Part shown: positions 29,417 through 39,092 of the stretch, in pieces
How the letters are laid out: each line of letters starts with the position of its first letter
How positions within the stretch are numbered: the stretch's first letter is position 1
NCBI GenBank assembly: GCA_963792585.1
Contig: CAWBWI010000003.1
Location: 160,001-224,000 of the forward strand
DNA from: Candidatus Eiseniibacteriota bacterium
GTDB lineage: Bacteria; Eisenbacteria; RBG-16-71-46; CAIMUX01; VGJL01
Length of the DNA: 64,000 nt
Direction: 5' to 3'
Program-made: the position numbers and the translations under genes
The notes under the pieces: model-generated
Told to the model about the DNA's origin: nothing
Seen by the model: only the letters and a program-made list of their open reading frames with translations
The model's database searches: none

Positions 29417-30319
29417 ATGAATCGTTGCCAGTTTCACAGCCGTGCTACGGGCCTCTTGACCCTGGCCGTGTGCGTTCTTTCGGGGATTGGCATCGTCGTT
29501 CCGAAGAGGGCCCTCTCCCACGAATTCTGGCTTTCGCCGTCTGTGTATCGCGCCTCCGCCGGTCTTTCGGTGGAGATCCAAGCCTGCGTGGGAACCGGAT
29601 TCCGGGGCGAGACGCTGCCCTACTCACCCGCGAGGACGGTCCGATTCGAGGTCTTCTCCCCCGAGAAGCGCGACCTTCTGGTCTCCGCGGTCAACGGCGA
29701 TCCGTCCTATGCGCGTGTCGTACTGCCCGACTCGGTGGGGGCCATCGTCACCTACTTGTCGAATTTCACACAGATCGAACTCCCGGCGGATGAATTCGAT
29801 CACTACCTTGCCCTCGAGGGACTCGATGACCCTCTGGCCGCGCGGAAGATGTCTGCGGCTCCATCCCCCGGCCGCGAACGCTACCGCAGATGTGCGAAAT
29901 GCTGGATCTCCGGCGGCGATGCGTCCATCGCGACTCGAGCGTACGGTTTGCCCTTCGAGATCGTTCCCCTGAGTGATCCGTCCGTGCCGGCGGCCGGCCT
30001 TACCGTTCGTGTCCTCCGGGAGGGGCGTCCAAGCGCGGGAACGCTGGTGCGGGGGTGGCGCCAGCCTCTCGATCGGGAATTTTCTCTCCTCGATCCGAGT
30101 CTGCGGGACTCGATCGGCCCCGCGACCGAATCGCGAAGCGATCGTGATGGAATCGCGCATCTGCGAGTCGACCGGGCGGGCGAGTGGCTGTTGAGTGCGG
30201 TCCACATGACTTCCGCTCGCCGATCCCGATCCCTCGCCGGCGACGAGAACCCGCCGGACGCGGACTGGGAGAGCTCATGGGCCTCCCTCACCTTTCTTCG
30301 AAGGCAGGAGGATCCGTGA
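29417..30319 (+). CDS. DUF4198 domain periplasmic protein
   Basis: Signal peptide followed by HEFWLSP; FDHYLALEG, ERYRRCAK, GLPFEIVP, GEWLLSAVHM, WESSWASLTF. Confidence 0.8.
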   Translation: MNRCQFHSRATGLLTLAVCVLSGIGIVVPKRALSHEFWLSPSVYRASAGLSVEIQACVGTGFRGETLPYSPARTVRFEVFSPEKRDLLVSAVNGDPSYARVVLPDSVGAIVTYLSNFTQIELPADEFDHYLALEGLDDPLAARKMSAAPSPGRERYRRCAKCWISGGDASIATRAYGLPFEIVPLSDPSVPAAGLTVRVLREGRPSAGTLVRGWRQPLDREFSLLDPSLRDSIGPATESRSDRDGIAHLRVDRAGEWLLSAVHMTSARRSRSLAGDENPPDADWESSWASLTFLRRQEDP

Positions 30320-31398
30320 GACTCGACTCTGTCGTCCTGGTGATCGGTCTCGCGGCCGCAGCGCTCGGCATGGACCCGCGGGCGGCTCATGCCCACACGC
30401 AACCGTACAGCTACGTAGATCTGCGACTTGGAACGGATGCGCTCTCGGGTTCGGTCACGGCGCATGTGGTGGACATCGCTCACGAGACCGGCACATCGAA
30501 TCCTGAGGATCTTCTCGACGCTGAGACCCTCGCATCAGCTCGGAGGACGATCGAAACGGCCCTCGCCCGGGGGCTCACCGTCTCCGCCGACGGGAAGGGG
30601 TTGTCTATTGAGTGGGATGGGATCCCCGAAATCCACCGCGCCAAGCAGACCGTCACGTTTCGCTGGTCAACGCATTGGCAGCACAAACCCGGCCGCCTCG
30701 AGGTGCGCTGTCGGCTTTTTCCGTACGATCCGCAGCACGAAACCTATTTGAATATCTACGAGGCCGGTGCTCTGAAACATCAGGAGCTATTCCGGGGAGC
30801 CCATCTTGGGTCGACCTACTTCCCCGGAGGTGCTCGAGGACATTGGGCGATCCTTCGAGCGTTCGTGGGCTCCGGAGTCCATCACATCTTTCTCGGTCCG
30901 GATCACATCCTCTTCCTTCTGGGACTCCTCCTCTTGGGGGGCAGCTTCCGGCGCCTCCTGAAAATCGTGACCTGCTTCACCATCGCACACAGTGTGACGC
31001 TCGCCCTGGCGACCCTGCGCATTTTGAATCCACCATCCAGCATCGTCGAGCCGGCGATTGCCGCCAGTATCATCGCAATCGGTGCGGAAAATCTCACGGC
31101 CTCGCGGATCGGACGGGATCGACGCGCGTGGCTCGCGTTCCTGTTCGGTTTCGTCCACGGTTTCGGATTCGCAAGCGTCCTTCGGGAATTCGGTCTCCCC
31201 AGGAATGCGCTGGCCGAGTCTCTGCTCGCGTTCAATGTCGGCGTCGAGATCGGTCAGGCCACGATCCTCATGAGCCTGGCCGTGCCGCTGGCCCTGCTTC
31301 GAACGCGGAGCCCGAAATTCGGCAGGATTGCGCTGACGTTCGGATCGGTCGCGGTGATCCTGGCGGGGGGCTACTGGTTGATCGAACGCACTCTCTGA
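30316..31398 (+). CDS. HupE/UreJ family membrane protein
   Basis: GTG overlapping the upstream TGA; AHAH signal end; GVHHIFLGPDHILFL, FTIAHSVTL, FGFVHGFGFA, FNVGVEIGQ. Confidence 0.9.
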   Translation: MRLDSVVLVIGLAAAALGMDPRAAHAHTQPYSYVDLRLGTDALSGSVTAHVVDIAHETGTSNPEDLLDAETLASARRTIETALARGLTVSADGKGLSIEWDGIPEIHRAKQTVTFRWSTHWQHKPGRLEVRCRLFPYDPQHETYLNIYEAGALKHQELFRGAHLGSTYFPGGARGHWAILRAFVGSGVHHIFLGPDHILFLLGLLLLGGSFRRLLKIVTCFTIAHSVTLALATLRILNPPSSIVEPAIAASIIAIGAENLTASRIGRDRRAWLAFLFGFVHGFGFASVLREFGLPRNALAESLLAFNVGVEIGQATILMSLAVPLALLRTRSPKFGRIALTFGSVAVILAGGYWLIERTL

Positions 31399-31564
31399 CG
31401 GACGCACCTTTCTCGACGAAGAATATGGAATAGACATCGATATACAGATTGCCCGGGCTTCTCTTAGGATTCTCCGTTCTTCGATCGCACCGATCATCCG
31501 AGTCGTTCCGCGATCGGTCGGACCATAGACATCCGAATAACAGGAAATGGGAGTACCTAGAACC

Positions 31565-33682
31565 ATGCCCGAAGCAAGCAAGGCTTCCGGCGGGAATGCC
31601 CGCATCACCTTGAAAGTCAACCTGCTCGAGTCCAAGGGAGCGGAATCGCTCCCTAATGTGGCCGCCTACGCTTTCACCGCGGGGGGCCGGCTGCTTGCCC
31701 GCACGTCGATCGAGGACGGCGGAGGAGAACTGCCCTTCCGCTCGGCTTCGGAGGCAATGAATGTCCGGGTTCTCGTCGGGCCCGACGTGGAAGAGAAGGA
31801 TGTGACGGCTGCGGCCCTGCTCCGTCGCGGCGCAGTGGAACGTCATTTTCGAATCGACCCAAAACAGCTCGTCGGCGATGCGCGGTTCGAGGTGATTCCC
31901 AACGTCTGGCGTTGCTGGATCCGCGGATTCTGCTTCGTCCGTGGCACCTTGCTCAAGCGAGAGGTTCGCGGGGGGATCGCCATCGACCTGCCCGTATGTG
32001 ACGCCAAGGTCGAGATCTACGAGGTCGATCCCATCATCATCTTCAAGTTGCCCGACGACATCATCGAACGGCTCCGCAGGCACATCCTCGAGCCCGTTCC
32101 CCCACGGCCGCTTCCCGATCCGCCGCCGTTCATCCAGGCGCCGGACGACCTGATCGGTCCCGTATTCCCGACATTGCCCCCTCCGCGTACGGCGCTCCGG
32201 AGCCTGGAGCCGCCGCCCGTTGCGGAGGGTCTGCGCAACGCCGCGCTCGCGGGTGGCAATCTCGACTTCCGCAATCAGTTGCTCCTACACGTCGACTTCG
32301 TCCGGAACTTCCTCTGCCGATTCTATCCCTGGCTCGTGCGGAAGGATCTGATCTCGACCGTCCAGACGGACGACTGCGGCCATTTCCAAGCGTTCGTCTT
32401 CCTTGGTTGCTTCAACCGCGACAAACCCGACCTCTACTTCAGGGCCACGCAGCGGTTCTTCTGGTTCGATTTGCCGATCTACGAGCCGACGCCGGTCCGC
32501 TGCCACACGTTCTGGGACTATCAGTGCGGCACCGAGGTGACCCTCTATACGACGAGCCCTCTCGCGCGAACCTGCCCGCCTTGCCCGCCGGTGAATGCCC
32601 CGGACAACTGGGTTCTCGTGATGGCGATTGGGAACTTCCCCTTGAGCAAGATCCGCGGAACGGGGGTGACACTCCAGGCGACCACGAACGCCGACAACCT
32701 GGGACTTACCGACGCCGATGGACCCTGGGGAGGACTCTTGCGTCCACGCATCGAGTTCGACAACTCGCTACGGGACAGCCTGGGCGTCAAGTACTACCAG
32801 GTGTCGATCCGCAAAGGCACGTCGGGCAACTTCACGATCCTCACCGGGGACGTCACGCGTCATTTCATCCATGATGTCAACGGCCAGCCGGTGATCACCC
32901 CGTATCCATTGGGTCCGCAAACGGTCAACAACGTCGCCAACCTCTTCGAGATTCCTCCGGGCCTGCCGCCCGAGGGACAGTGGAGCTTGCCGGACATCGT
33001 TGAGGATACGACGAGCGCGAAGTTCCCTAGCGTCGCTCTCGCGCCGGCCGACCAGCATGGCAAGTATCAGGTCAAGGTGGAGCTCTTCGACCTCAACGGT
33101 GCGGCGGTGAATCTCGCAGCGAAGGGAATCAAGTTCGTCGTCCCTACCTCCACCGATCTGAGCGGCACGATCGATACGGCGGAAGCGGGCACTCTCGGCC
33201 TGATCGACGGGAACGCCTTCGTCATGACGCTGCACATCGACAACAACCCATGCAGCCCTGCCGTTATCGACGCGCCCGAGCTGAATGGGAACGCCGCGAG
33301 CGACAACTGCGGCGTGTTGACCTACAACCCCAACGCCCCGGGATCGGTCACATTCGGGTGGACCGCCTCGCATCCAAACGGGCTGGCCGGAAACGGCTTC
33401 GCGACCTACAGCTTCGTCATCTACAGGGGGGTGAATCCGCTCTTCGTTCCCCCCGGCTCTCCTACGCTTCCGTCATCCGGCATCGCGAAGATCGGTGCGG
33501 CGGCTTTCTCGGACACCCAGACGGTCAGCGACCTCCTGGGCGGCTGCACGATTGCCGGCTTCTCGGAGAACCTCTACGTTGCGGCGATGGCGATCGACGG
33601 ACTGCGTCGTCTTACGGAGTACGACACCTCGGCGGTGCGCGCTTTCGTTCTCGCGCCGCCCCAGCCTCAACTGAATCCATAG
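31565..33682 (+). CDS. Hypothetical Cys/Pro-rich beta-rich protein (about 705 aa)
   Basis: Long ORF with coding-like codon usage and no signal peptide; motifs VCDAKVEIYEVD, PPRPLPDPPP, TDDCGHF, KPDLYF, LHIDNNPC. Confidence 0.8.
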   Translation: MPEASKASGGNARITLKVNLLESKGAESLPNVAAYAFTAGGRLLARTSIEDGGGELPFRSASEAMNVRVLVGPDVEEKDVTAAALLRRGAVERHFRIDPKQLVGDARFEVIPNVWRCWIRGFCFVRGTLLKREVRGGIAIDLPVCDAKVEIYEVDPIIIFKLPDDIIERLRRHILEPVPPRPLPDPPPFIQAPDDLIGPVFPTLPPPRTALRSLEPPPVAEGLRNAALAGGNLDFRNQLLLHVDFVRNFLCRFYPWLVRKDLISTVQTDDCGHFQAFVFLGCFNRDKPDLYFRATQRFFWFDLPIYEPTPVRCHTFWDYQCGTEVTLYTTSPLARTCPPCPPVNAPDNWVLVMAIGNFPLSKIRGTGVTLQATTNADNLGLTDADGPWGGLLRPRIEFDNSLRDSLGVKYYQVSIRKGTSGNFTILTGDVTRHFIHDVNGQPVITPYPLGPQTVNNVANLFEIPPGLPPEGQWSLPDIVEDTTSAKFPSVALAPADQHGKYQVKVELFDLNGAAVNLAAKGIKFVVPTSTDLSGTIDTAEAGTLGLIDGNAFVMTLHIDNNPCSPAVIDAPELNGNAASDNCGVLTYNPNAPGSVTFGWTASHPNGLAGNGFATYSFVIYRGVNPLFVPPGSPTLPSSGIAKIGAAAFSDTQTVSDLLGGCTIAGFSENLYVAAMAIDGLRRLTEYDTSAVRAFVLAPPQPQLNP

Positions 33683-33707
33683 CGCACGGGCCCCTGCCCA
33701 AAGACTT

Positions 33708-33746
33708 CGCCACCGCCGGCGGCCGATCGGGCCGCCGGCGGTGGCG
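33708..33746. terminator. Perfect 17-bp hairpin between convergent genes (bidirectional terminator-like)
   Basis: CGCCACCGCCGGCGGCC-gatcg-GGCCGCCGGCGGTGGCG. Confidence 0.6.
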
Positions 33747-33764
33747 TTGCTTGGTGGATCCTGG

Positions 33765-36401
33765 TCACCCGGCCCGTCGTAGTCCGTCGTCCGAATCCCC
33801 CATCTCATCCTCGGAGGCTACATCGAAGGAGACGTTCGCGGGGCCCGACTGGACCCGCAATGGCGCCTGGAAGCTCCCGTCGGTTTCCCCTTCTCGTGAT
33901 GGCTCGGGATCGGCCAGGAACCTCCGGACCTCGGCGGCATGGATGACGCGGACCGGAGGGGTCTGCCCACCCCTCTCTGCGGCAAGCGGGACGAGGCCCC
34001 CGATGTGTTCACAGGACAGGGCCGCCGTATCGCCATCCTCTCGGAGCACGACCAGATGCTTCTCTATGCCCGGTGTCTCCCGGAGAAGGGCACCAAGACT
34101 CACCACATCCCCCGAGGTCTGTCCTGGTTCCGTCCTCGAGGCGCTCCGCATGCCGACAGTTCCGATTCTCTCCACGTTTTCCCAGAGCACCCCCGCGCGC
34201 GCCGCGCCAGAGCCGATGATGAGGATCTTCGTGCTCACCGGCGTGATCCCCGCAAACCCTCCGATGGAATCTTCCGCCTCCTCCGGGCCGCTGACCTCCT
34301 CGGCCACCGTTTCGAACCGCGGCTCGTCCTCATGGATGGTCGTTTCGAGCGTCGGCTCGACTTCCCGTTCGATTTCCGCCTCTTGCCCGGCCTCCGGCTC
34401 GGATTCGAGTACCTGCTCGGGGATCGGAGGCCTCTCCGGCACTTGCTTCGCCCGCGGCCCGGGCTCCATCTTCTCTTCCGCCGTCGGCTCGCTCTTCGGC
34501 CGAGATTGCGGCGCACATCCCAAGCCGTCCTGCTTTCCGGATCGACTCGCGATGCGTTCGCAGAGACGTTCGATCGCCAGGCACAAGACTTCTGTCGGGA
34601 CTTGTACAAACGTACCCATCGTGTCATCCGGTGAGAAATAGACGATGAGCACGCCTGTTCCATCTTGGCTCACTGCGCCGGCGTAGGAACTTGCGGAGAT
34701 CGGCGCGCCGGGCCGCGCGTCGAGTTCCGCGGAGCCGCCTGCGACACTCCCCCACTTGCGGATCCATGCCTCCACTTCCCCGACTCTCTCTTCCGCCAGA
34801 TCGCCCAACGCCTCGCATGCTGTTCCCACGATGGGCGTGATGATGGGCGTCGCTCCCGGAGCCTGGATCCAGAGCGCGGCATCGGCCGCGAGAAGGCTGA
34901 CGGCAAGGTTCAGGAGTGCGTGAGTGCGCTCCTCGGAATTCAGTCCGTCGAGATCTTCAGCCTCATCAGCAATCCGCATCTCCAGTTCCGAAACGAAATC
35001 GCGATCGGCGACGTTCTCCTCAACGGCGAGAATCTCCTCGACCAGATGAACGACGTCGGTCAGAAGCTCCACCTCGCTCCGCACTTGGGCACGTGCGATG
35101 CGGCAATCTTCGAATACCAATATGGCAGGGGATCTGAAGGATCGGATCGGAATGTAGGCCACGACGATTCGATCTTCCGTCTCATCGTCGGACATCTCCA
35201 CGATTCGGGGCTTTCCATTCCGAATGATCCACCCGAGCAGTCCTCGATCCGCGGACTGGCTGGCCTCGCGTCCGATCGAGAGACCGGAGTCCGGGTTCAC
35301 TTTGTGGAATCGGTTGCTCTGCAGGTCTAGAAGGAAGAGCTGACAGTTCCCTGCGTGGACCGCCTTCCCCATCGCTTCTGCGATGCAGCTGATCCGGATC
35401 GGGAGGGTCTCCTCCAAGCTCATGATCCGATCGACCAGTCGGCGCAGCATTTCCCTTCGCTCGCCATCGGCATGATCCAGACGGATCGCTCCCAGCAGCG
35501 CGCGGTTCGCCGCCTTCGCATGCTGCTCCATGCTGCGAACGAGCGGCTCGAGATCGACTTCGCCCATGGATTCCGTATTGACGCTCAGGACGCCGACCGG
35601 CCGGCCGGCCAGGGTGATCGGAACGCTCAGAGCGATCCTCGTCGACGCGCAGTCGGGCGATTCGGCCATCACGGCAACGGGCTGCTGCGCCGAGCATCGC
35701 TGCCCGGTGGCATAGGCACGACCGGCGACCCCTACGCCCGGCCGCAATCGCAGCCCCAGAATCTCTCGCGCCCGAGAGCCGAGGGCGGTTGCGACCCGTA
35801 GGTGCTCACCATCCGCGTCCATCAACATGATGCTCCCGGTGGTGGCCCCCGTTCGATGCACGACGCGCTCGAGGATGCCGGTGACTCTCGGATCCCCAAC
35901 ATCCAGCTCCACAGTCCCGGCCGGAGCGACCGGACCAAGGCCGAGCAGTATCCTGCCATCGAAGCAGTCCCGCACCCCCCCCTGGAAGCCGTCTTGGGAA
36001 TCGTCCTCCTGGGCAATATTCCCGCCACTGATGACGGAGATGGAGACGGTTGCGATCTCGCCGATCTCGGCTACGGCTTCCGCGAAGGGGATCACTGTGA
36101 CAGGACTATCTGCCACCATCGCCCGAACGGTCTCGATCCCGACCGCGGATCGCTCGCCGATCACGATCTTGTCGCACGCCAGCAGGGCATCCCGTGTTGG
36201 CGTCCTGAGGAGTGGAATATTCAGCCGTTTCGCCAGGAGGGCAGCCTCGGAGCGATCATCAAGCGCGATCACGACCGCGGCATCCCATGATTGCGCTTGC
36301 AGCAACTGGGTAAGCGTCCGCATTCCCATGTTGGGGATTTCGATCAACCCAATGCGGGGTCGAGAAGGAACCCTGTTCTGCGCTAGGTCTCTCTGGTTCA
36401 C
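33765..36401 (-). CDS. GAF-domain protein with acidic linker and C-terminal CheW-like domain
   Basis: GAF: TGSIMLMDADGEHLRVATALG...GVGVAGRAYATG...LSVPITLAGRPVGVLSV. Second GAF-like: RGLLGWIIRNGKPRIV...YIPI. C-terminal GVLWENVERIG...VVSLGALL...LVVLREDGDTAALSCEHIGG. AAGGAG RBS. Confidence 0.65.
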   Translation of the reverse strand: MNQRDLAQNRVPSRPRIGLIEIPNMGMRTLTQLLQAQSWDAAVVIALDDRSEAALLAKRLNIPLLRTPTRDALLACDKIVIGERSAVGIETVRAMVADSPVTVIPFAEAVAEIGEIATVSISVISGGNIAQEDDSQDGFQGGVRDCFDGRILLGLGPVAPAGTVELDVGDPRVTGILERVVHRTGATTGSIMLMDADGEHLRVATALGSRAREILGLRLRPGVGVAGRAYATGQRCSAQQPVAVMAESPDCASTRIALSVPITLAGRPVGVLSVNTESMGEVDLEPLVRSMEQHAKAANRALLGAIRLDHADGERREMLRRLVDRIMSLEETLPIRISCIAEAMGKAVHAGNCQLFLLDLQSNRFHKVNPDSGLSIGREASQSADRGLLGWIIRNGKPRIVEMSDDETEDRIVVAYIPIRSFRSPAILVFEDCRIARAQVRSEVELLTDVVHLVEEILAVEENVADRDFVSELEMRIADEAEDLDGLNSEERTHALLNLAVSLLAADAALWIQAPGATPIITPIVGTACEALGDLAEERVGEVEAWIRKWGSVAGGSAELDARPGAPISASSYAGAVSQDGTGVLIVYFSPDDTMGTFVQVPTEVLCLAIERLCERIASRSGKQDGLGCAPQSRPKSEPTAEEKMEPGPRAKQVPERPPIPEQVLESEPEAGQEAEIEREVEPTLETTIHEDEPRFETVAEEVSGPEEAEDSIGGFAGITPVSTKILIIGSGAARAGVLWENVERIGTVGMRSASRTEPGQTSGDVVSLGALLRETPGIEKHLVVLREDGDTAALSCEHIGGLVPLAAERGGQTPPVRVIHAAEVRRFLADPEPSREGETDGSFQAPLRVQSGPANVSFDVASEDEMGDSDDGLRRAG

Positions 36402-36873
36402 ATCGCACTCCTTGCAACAGTCACGAATACCAGCTTCGAACGGTCGAAAGTGACTCGGGCTTCAAGGTAGAAATCGTCCGAACGATCGCGGATTAGAACT
36501 ACTTTCGACTTCGGGCCCCCGAGTTTTGCGGGCGGGCGGGGGCCTGGGGCCTTCGTCGCTTGGCCTCCGTGGAGTCTCTGGGGTTTTGGAGTCGTGTCTG
36601 CCGATCCGTGCGGAATACGTGAATTCTCACGCAAGAGAAGAATCGTCGGCCAATCCTCGCATCCCAAAGCCCTGACGCTCGGTATACTCGATTTCAAACT
36701 GGAGAATTACCCGAGCGGTCCGATACTTGGATGGGGCTGGATCATTATTACGATGAACGTGCGTTCGGCCGCAGCTTGCGGCTGGAGACTTCTCGACTTC
36801 GACTGGATCTCTGCTCGGTTGCCCGCCCGGGGAGTCCCCACTCCATACGGACAACCCACCCGAGGATGGAAAG

Positions 36874-37755
36874 ATGGGTCTTCCGATCGGTCTGCTGGAG
36901 AGCATCGAGGGCCTTGCTCCCCTGCCGGCCACCGCCCGTCGCTTGATGGAGGCCCTTGCCGATGAAGGGGCGTCCATAGACGAGATCACCGAGATCATTC
37001 AATTCGACGAAGCCGTCGCCTCGAACATTCTGCGCATCGCGAATTCGTCGATGTTCGGTGGACTCGAACCAACGATCGATCCTCGGGCTGCGGTGCTGCG
37101 GCTCGGATCGAGCGCCATTCTCAACCTCGTACTTCATGACTATTTGCTGAAGCAAGGCGGCGGCGGGCAGGTATACGACATGGATGAGAACGAACTCTGG
37201 CTCCATGGGGCCGTTTGTTCAATCGCCGTGGACGCCCTTAGGCAGGAGTGCAAGGGTCGCCCGGTTCCTGCTTGTGCCCAATTGGCGGCCCTCGTCCACG
37301 ACATCGGGAAGCTCGTCATCGTTCGATACCTGACGAAAGATGCGACGGCGATTCGGGACACTTGCCGAGAACGCGGGGTCTCGTTCGTGCGCGCAGAGAG
37401 GGAGATCCTGGGCTGCGACCATGCGGAGATCGGCGGCTTCCTGGCGCGGAACTGGGGCTTCGTCGATGTGATCACCCGGGCAATTGAAGAGCACCACAAG
37501 ACGCCTGTATCCGAACCGACCGCTATCTTGGACTTCGTCATCGCCGCGAACCTCATCTCGAAATCAATCGGAGTCGGCATCGGTGCCGAAGGGCTGTGCT
37601 TCGAGTTCGACCTGGGTACGCCCGATCGGCTGGGTATCAACTCGCTCGGCTTCACGAGGGCGTGCGTCTACACCTCCACCCGCCTCCAAGGGCTGAAAGA
37701 GGCCTACGGGATCACGGGCCCTCCTGTCGCCGGGCGCAGTTCCGGTGGGAGATAG
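36874..37755 (+). CDS. HDOD domain protein
   Basis: LAPLPATA, DEAVASNILRIANS, AVLRLG, LWLHG, ALVHDIGKL, DHAEIGGFLARNWGF, IEEHH. Confidence 0.92.
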   Translation: MGLPIGLLESIEGLAPLPATARRLMEALADEGASIDEITEIIQFDEAVASNILRIANSSMFGGLEPTIDPRAAVLRLGSSAILNLVLHDYLLKQGGGGQVYDMDENELWLHGAVCSIAVDALRQECKGRPVPACAQLAALVHDIGKLVIVRYLTKDATAIRDTCRERGVSFVRAEREILGCDHAEIGGFLARNWGFVDVITRAIEEHHKTPVSEPTAILDFVIAANLISKSIGVGIGAEGLCFEFDLGTPDRLGINSLGFTRACVYTSTRLQGLKEAYGITGPPVAGRSSGGR

Positions 37756-37778
37756 GCCAGCCGATTTCCGGCGCCCGG

Positions 37779-38750
37779 CTAGATCCCGCCGAATCTATCG
37801 GTCGCCGCCACCAGCGCGCGGCTATTGGGTCCTTCGAAGCCACTATGACCACTGTCCGGCGAGATGATGAAGTCCGCCTCAGGCCATGCCTTGTGGAGGT
37901 CCCATGCGCTGGCCATGGGACATACCACGTCGTACCGGCCTTGGACGATCGCTCCCGGGATGTGACGGATTCGGTCCACGTCCCGCAGCAGCTGCCCGTC
38001 CACGTCGAAGAAGCCTCGGTTCACGAAGTAATGAGCCTCGATGCGGGCAAACGCCAGCGCGAACTCCGCCTCCTCGAAATGTGCAACCAAATCGGAGTCC
38101 GGGATGAGCTTTGACGTGGCACCTTCCCAACCCGACCAGACTTTCGCCGCCGCGAGTCGCACGTCCGGATCGTCGTCTGTAAGACGCCTATGGTAGGCGC
38201 CCACGAGATCGCCCCGCTCCGCTTCCGGGATGTGATTCAGGTAGGGCTCCCACGCGTCCGGGAATAGGGTCGAGGCGCCCTTCTGGTAAAACCACTCGAT
38301 CTCCTGGCGCCTGAGCAGAAAGATACCGCGAAGCACCAGTTCCGTTACCCGGTCAGGGCATTTCTCCGCATAAGCGAGAGCCAACGTAGACCCCCAGCTA
38401 CCGCCGAAGACTTGCCATTTCGCGATCCCGAGGTGTACACGGAGCTTCTCGATGTCGGCCACAAGGTCCCAGGTGGTGTTTCCTTCCAGGCTGGCGTGCG
38501 GCGTGCTCTTGCCGCATCCCCGCTGGTCGAAGTTCACGATCCTGTAGCGGCCGGGATGAAAGAATCGCCTTTGCTTTGGATCGGACCCGCCCCCCGGACC
38601 GCCGTGAAGGAATACCACGGGTTTGCCCGTGGGATTACCGCTTTCCTCGTAGGATATCTCGTGGAGGTCGGACACCTTCAGGCGCTGCGTATTGTATGGT
38701 TCGATGGCGGGGTAGAGCCAGGTGAGCGGATCCTTGATGGGGTGTGTCAT
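37779..38750 (-). CDS. pip: Proline iminopeptidase
   Basis: LHGGPGGG, FDQRGCGKSTP, GGSWGS nucleophile, LVLRGIF, QGRYD, SGHS. Confidence 0.95.
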   Translation of the reverse strand: MTHPIKDPLTWLYPAIEPYNTQRLKVSDLHEISYEESGNPTGKPVVFLHGGPGGGSDPKQRRFFHPGRYRIVNFDQRGCGKSTPHASLEGNTTWDLVADIEKLRVHLGIAKWQVFGGSWGSTLALAYAEKCPDRVTELVLRGIFLLRRQEIEWFYQKGASTLFPDAWEPYLNHIPEAERGDLVGAYHRRLTDDDPDVRLAAAKVWSGWEGATSKLIPDSDLVAHFEEAEFALAFARIEAHYFVNRGFFDVDGQLLRDVDRIRHIPGAIVQGRYDVVCPMASAWDLHKAWPEADFIISPDSGHSGFEGPNSRALVAATDRFGGI

Positions 38751-39056
38751 GGGTACGTCCTCCGTCGATGACCGTCCGGCCAGAGCCTACCGGCATTTCT
38801 TGGGGGCACGAGCCCCGTGCAGCTACGGATGGCGACGCCCTCCCGCTTCGCGCGTCGGAGCGCCGCCGCAACACCATTGACTGAAACGATCTCAATCGTA
38901 GCACGTGAGGATCCTAAGGCGGTTGCGTCTCTTCCGCGGCACCTTGGGGATGGGCCATTTCCCCCATCTCGTCGCGCCGCCGGGGTGTGTCCGCACCGCC
39001 GGCGCATGAGCCGCCGGGCCGGGATACAACAGACCCACCCGCGGGAGACCTCTTGC

Positions 39057-39084
39057 TCACGAGCGTTGAGTCTCCTGCCGATAA
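39057..39084 (+). promoter_or_regulatory. Putative sigma-28 (FliA)-type promoter
   Basis: TCACG-N15-GCCGATAA; the -10 is a perfect sigma-28 consensus, 8 nt upstream of the EAL/HDOD GTG. Confidence 0.45.
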
Positions 39085-39092
39085 CTGCGAAC

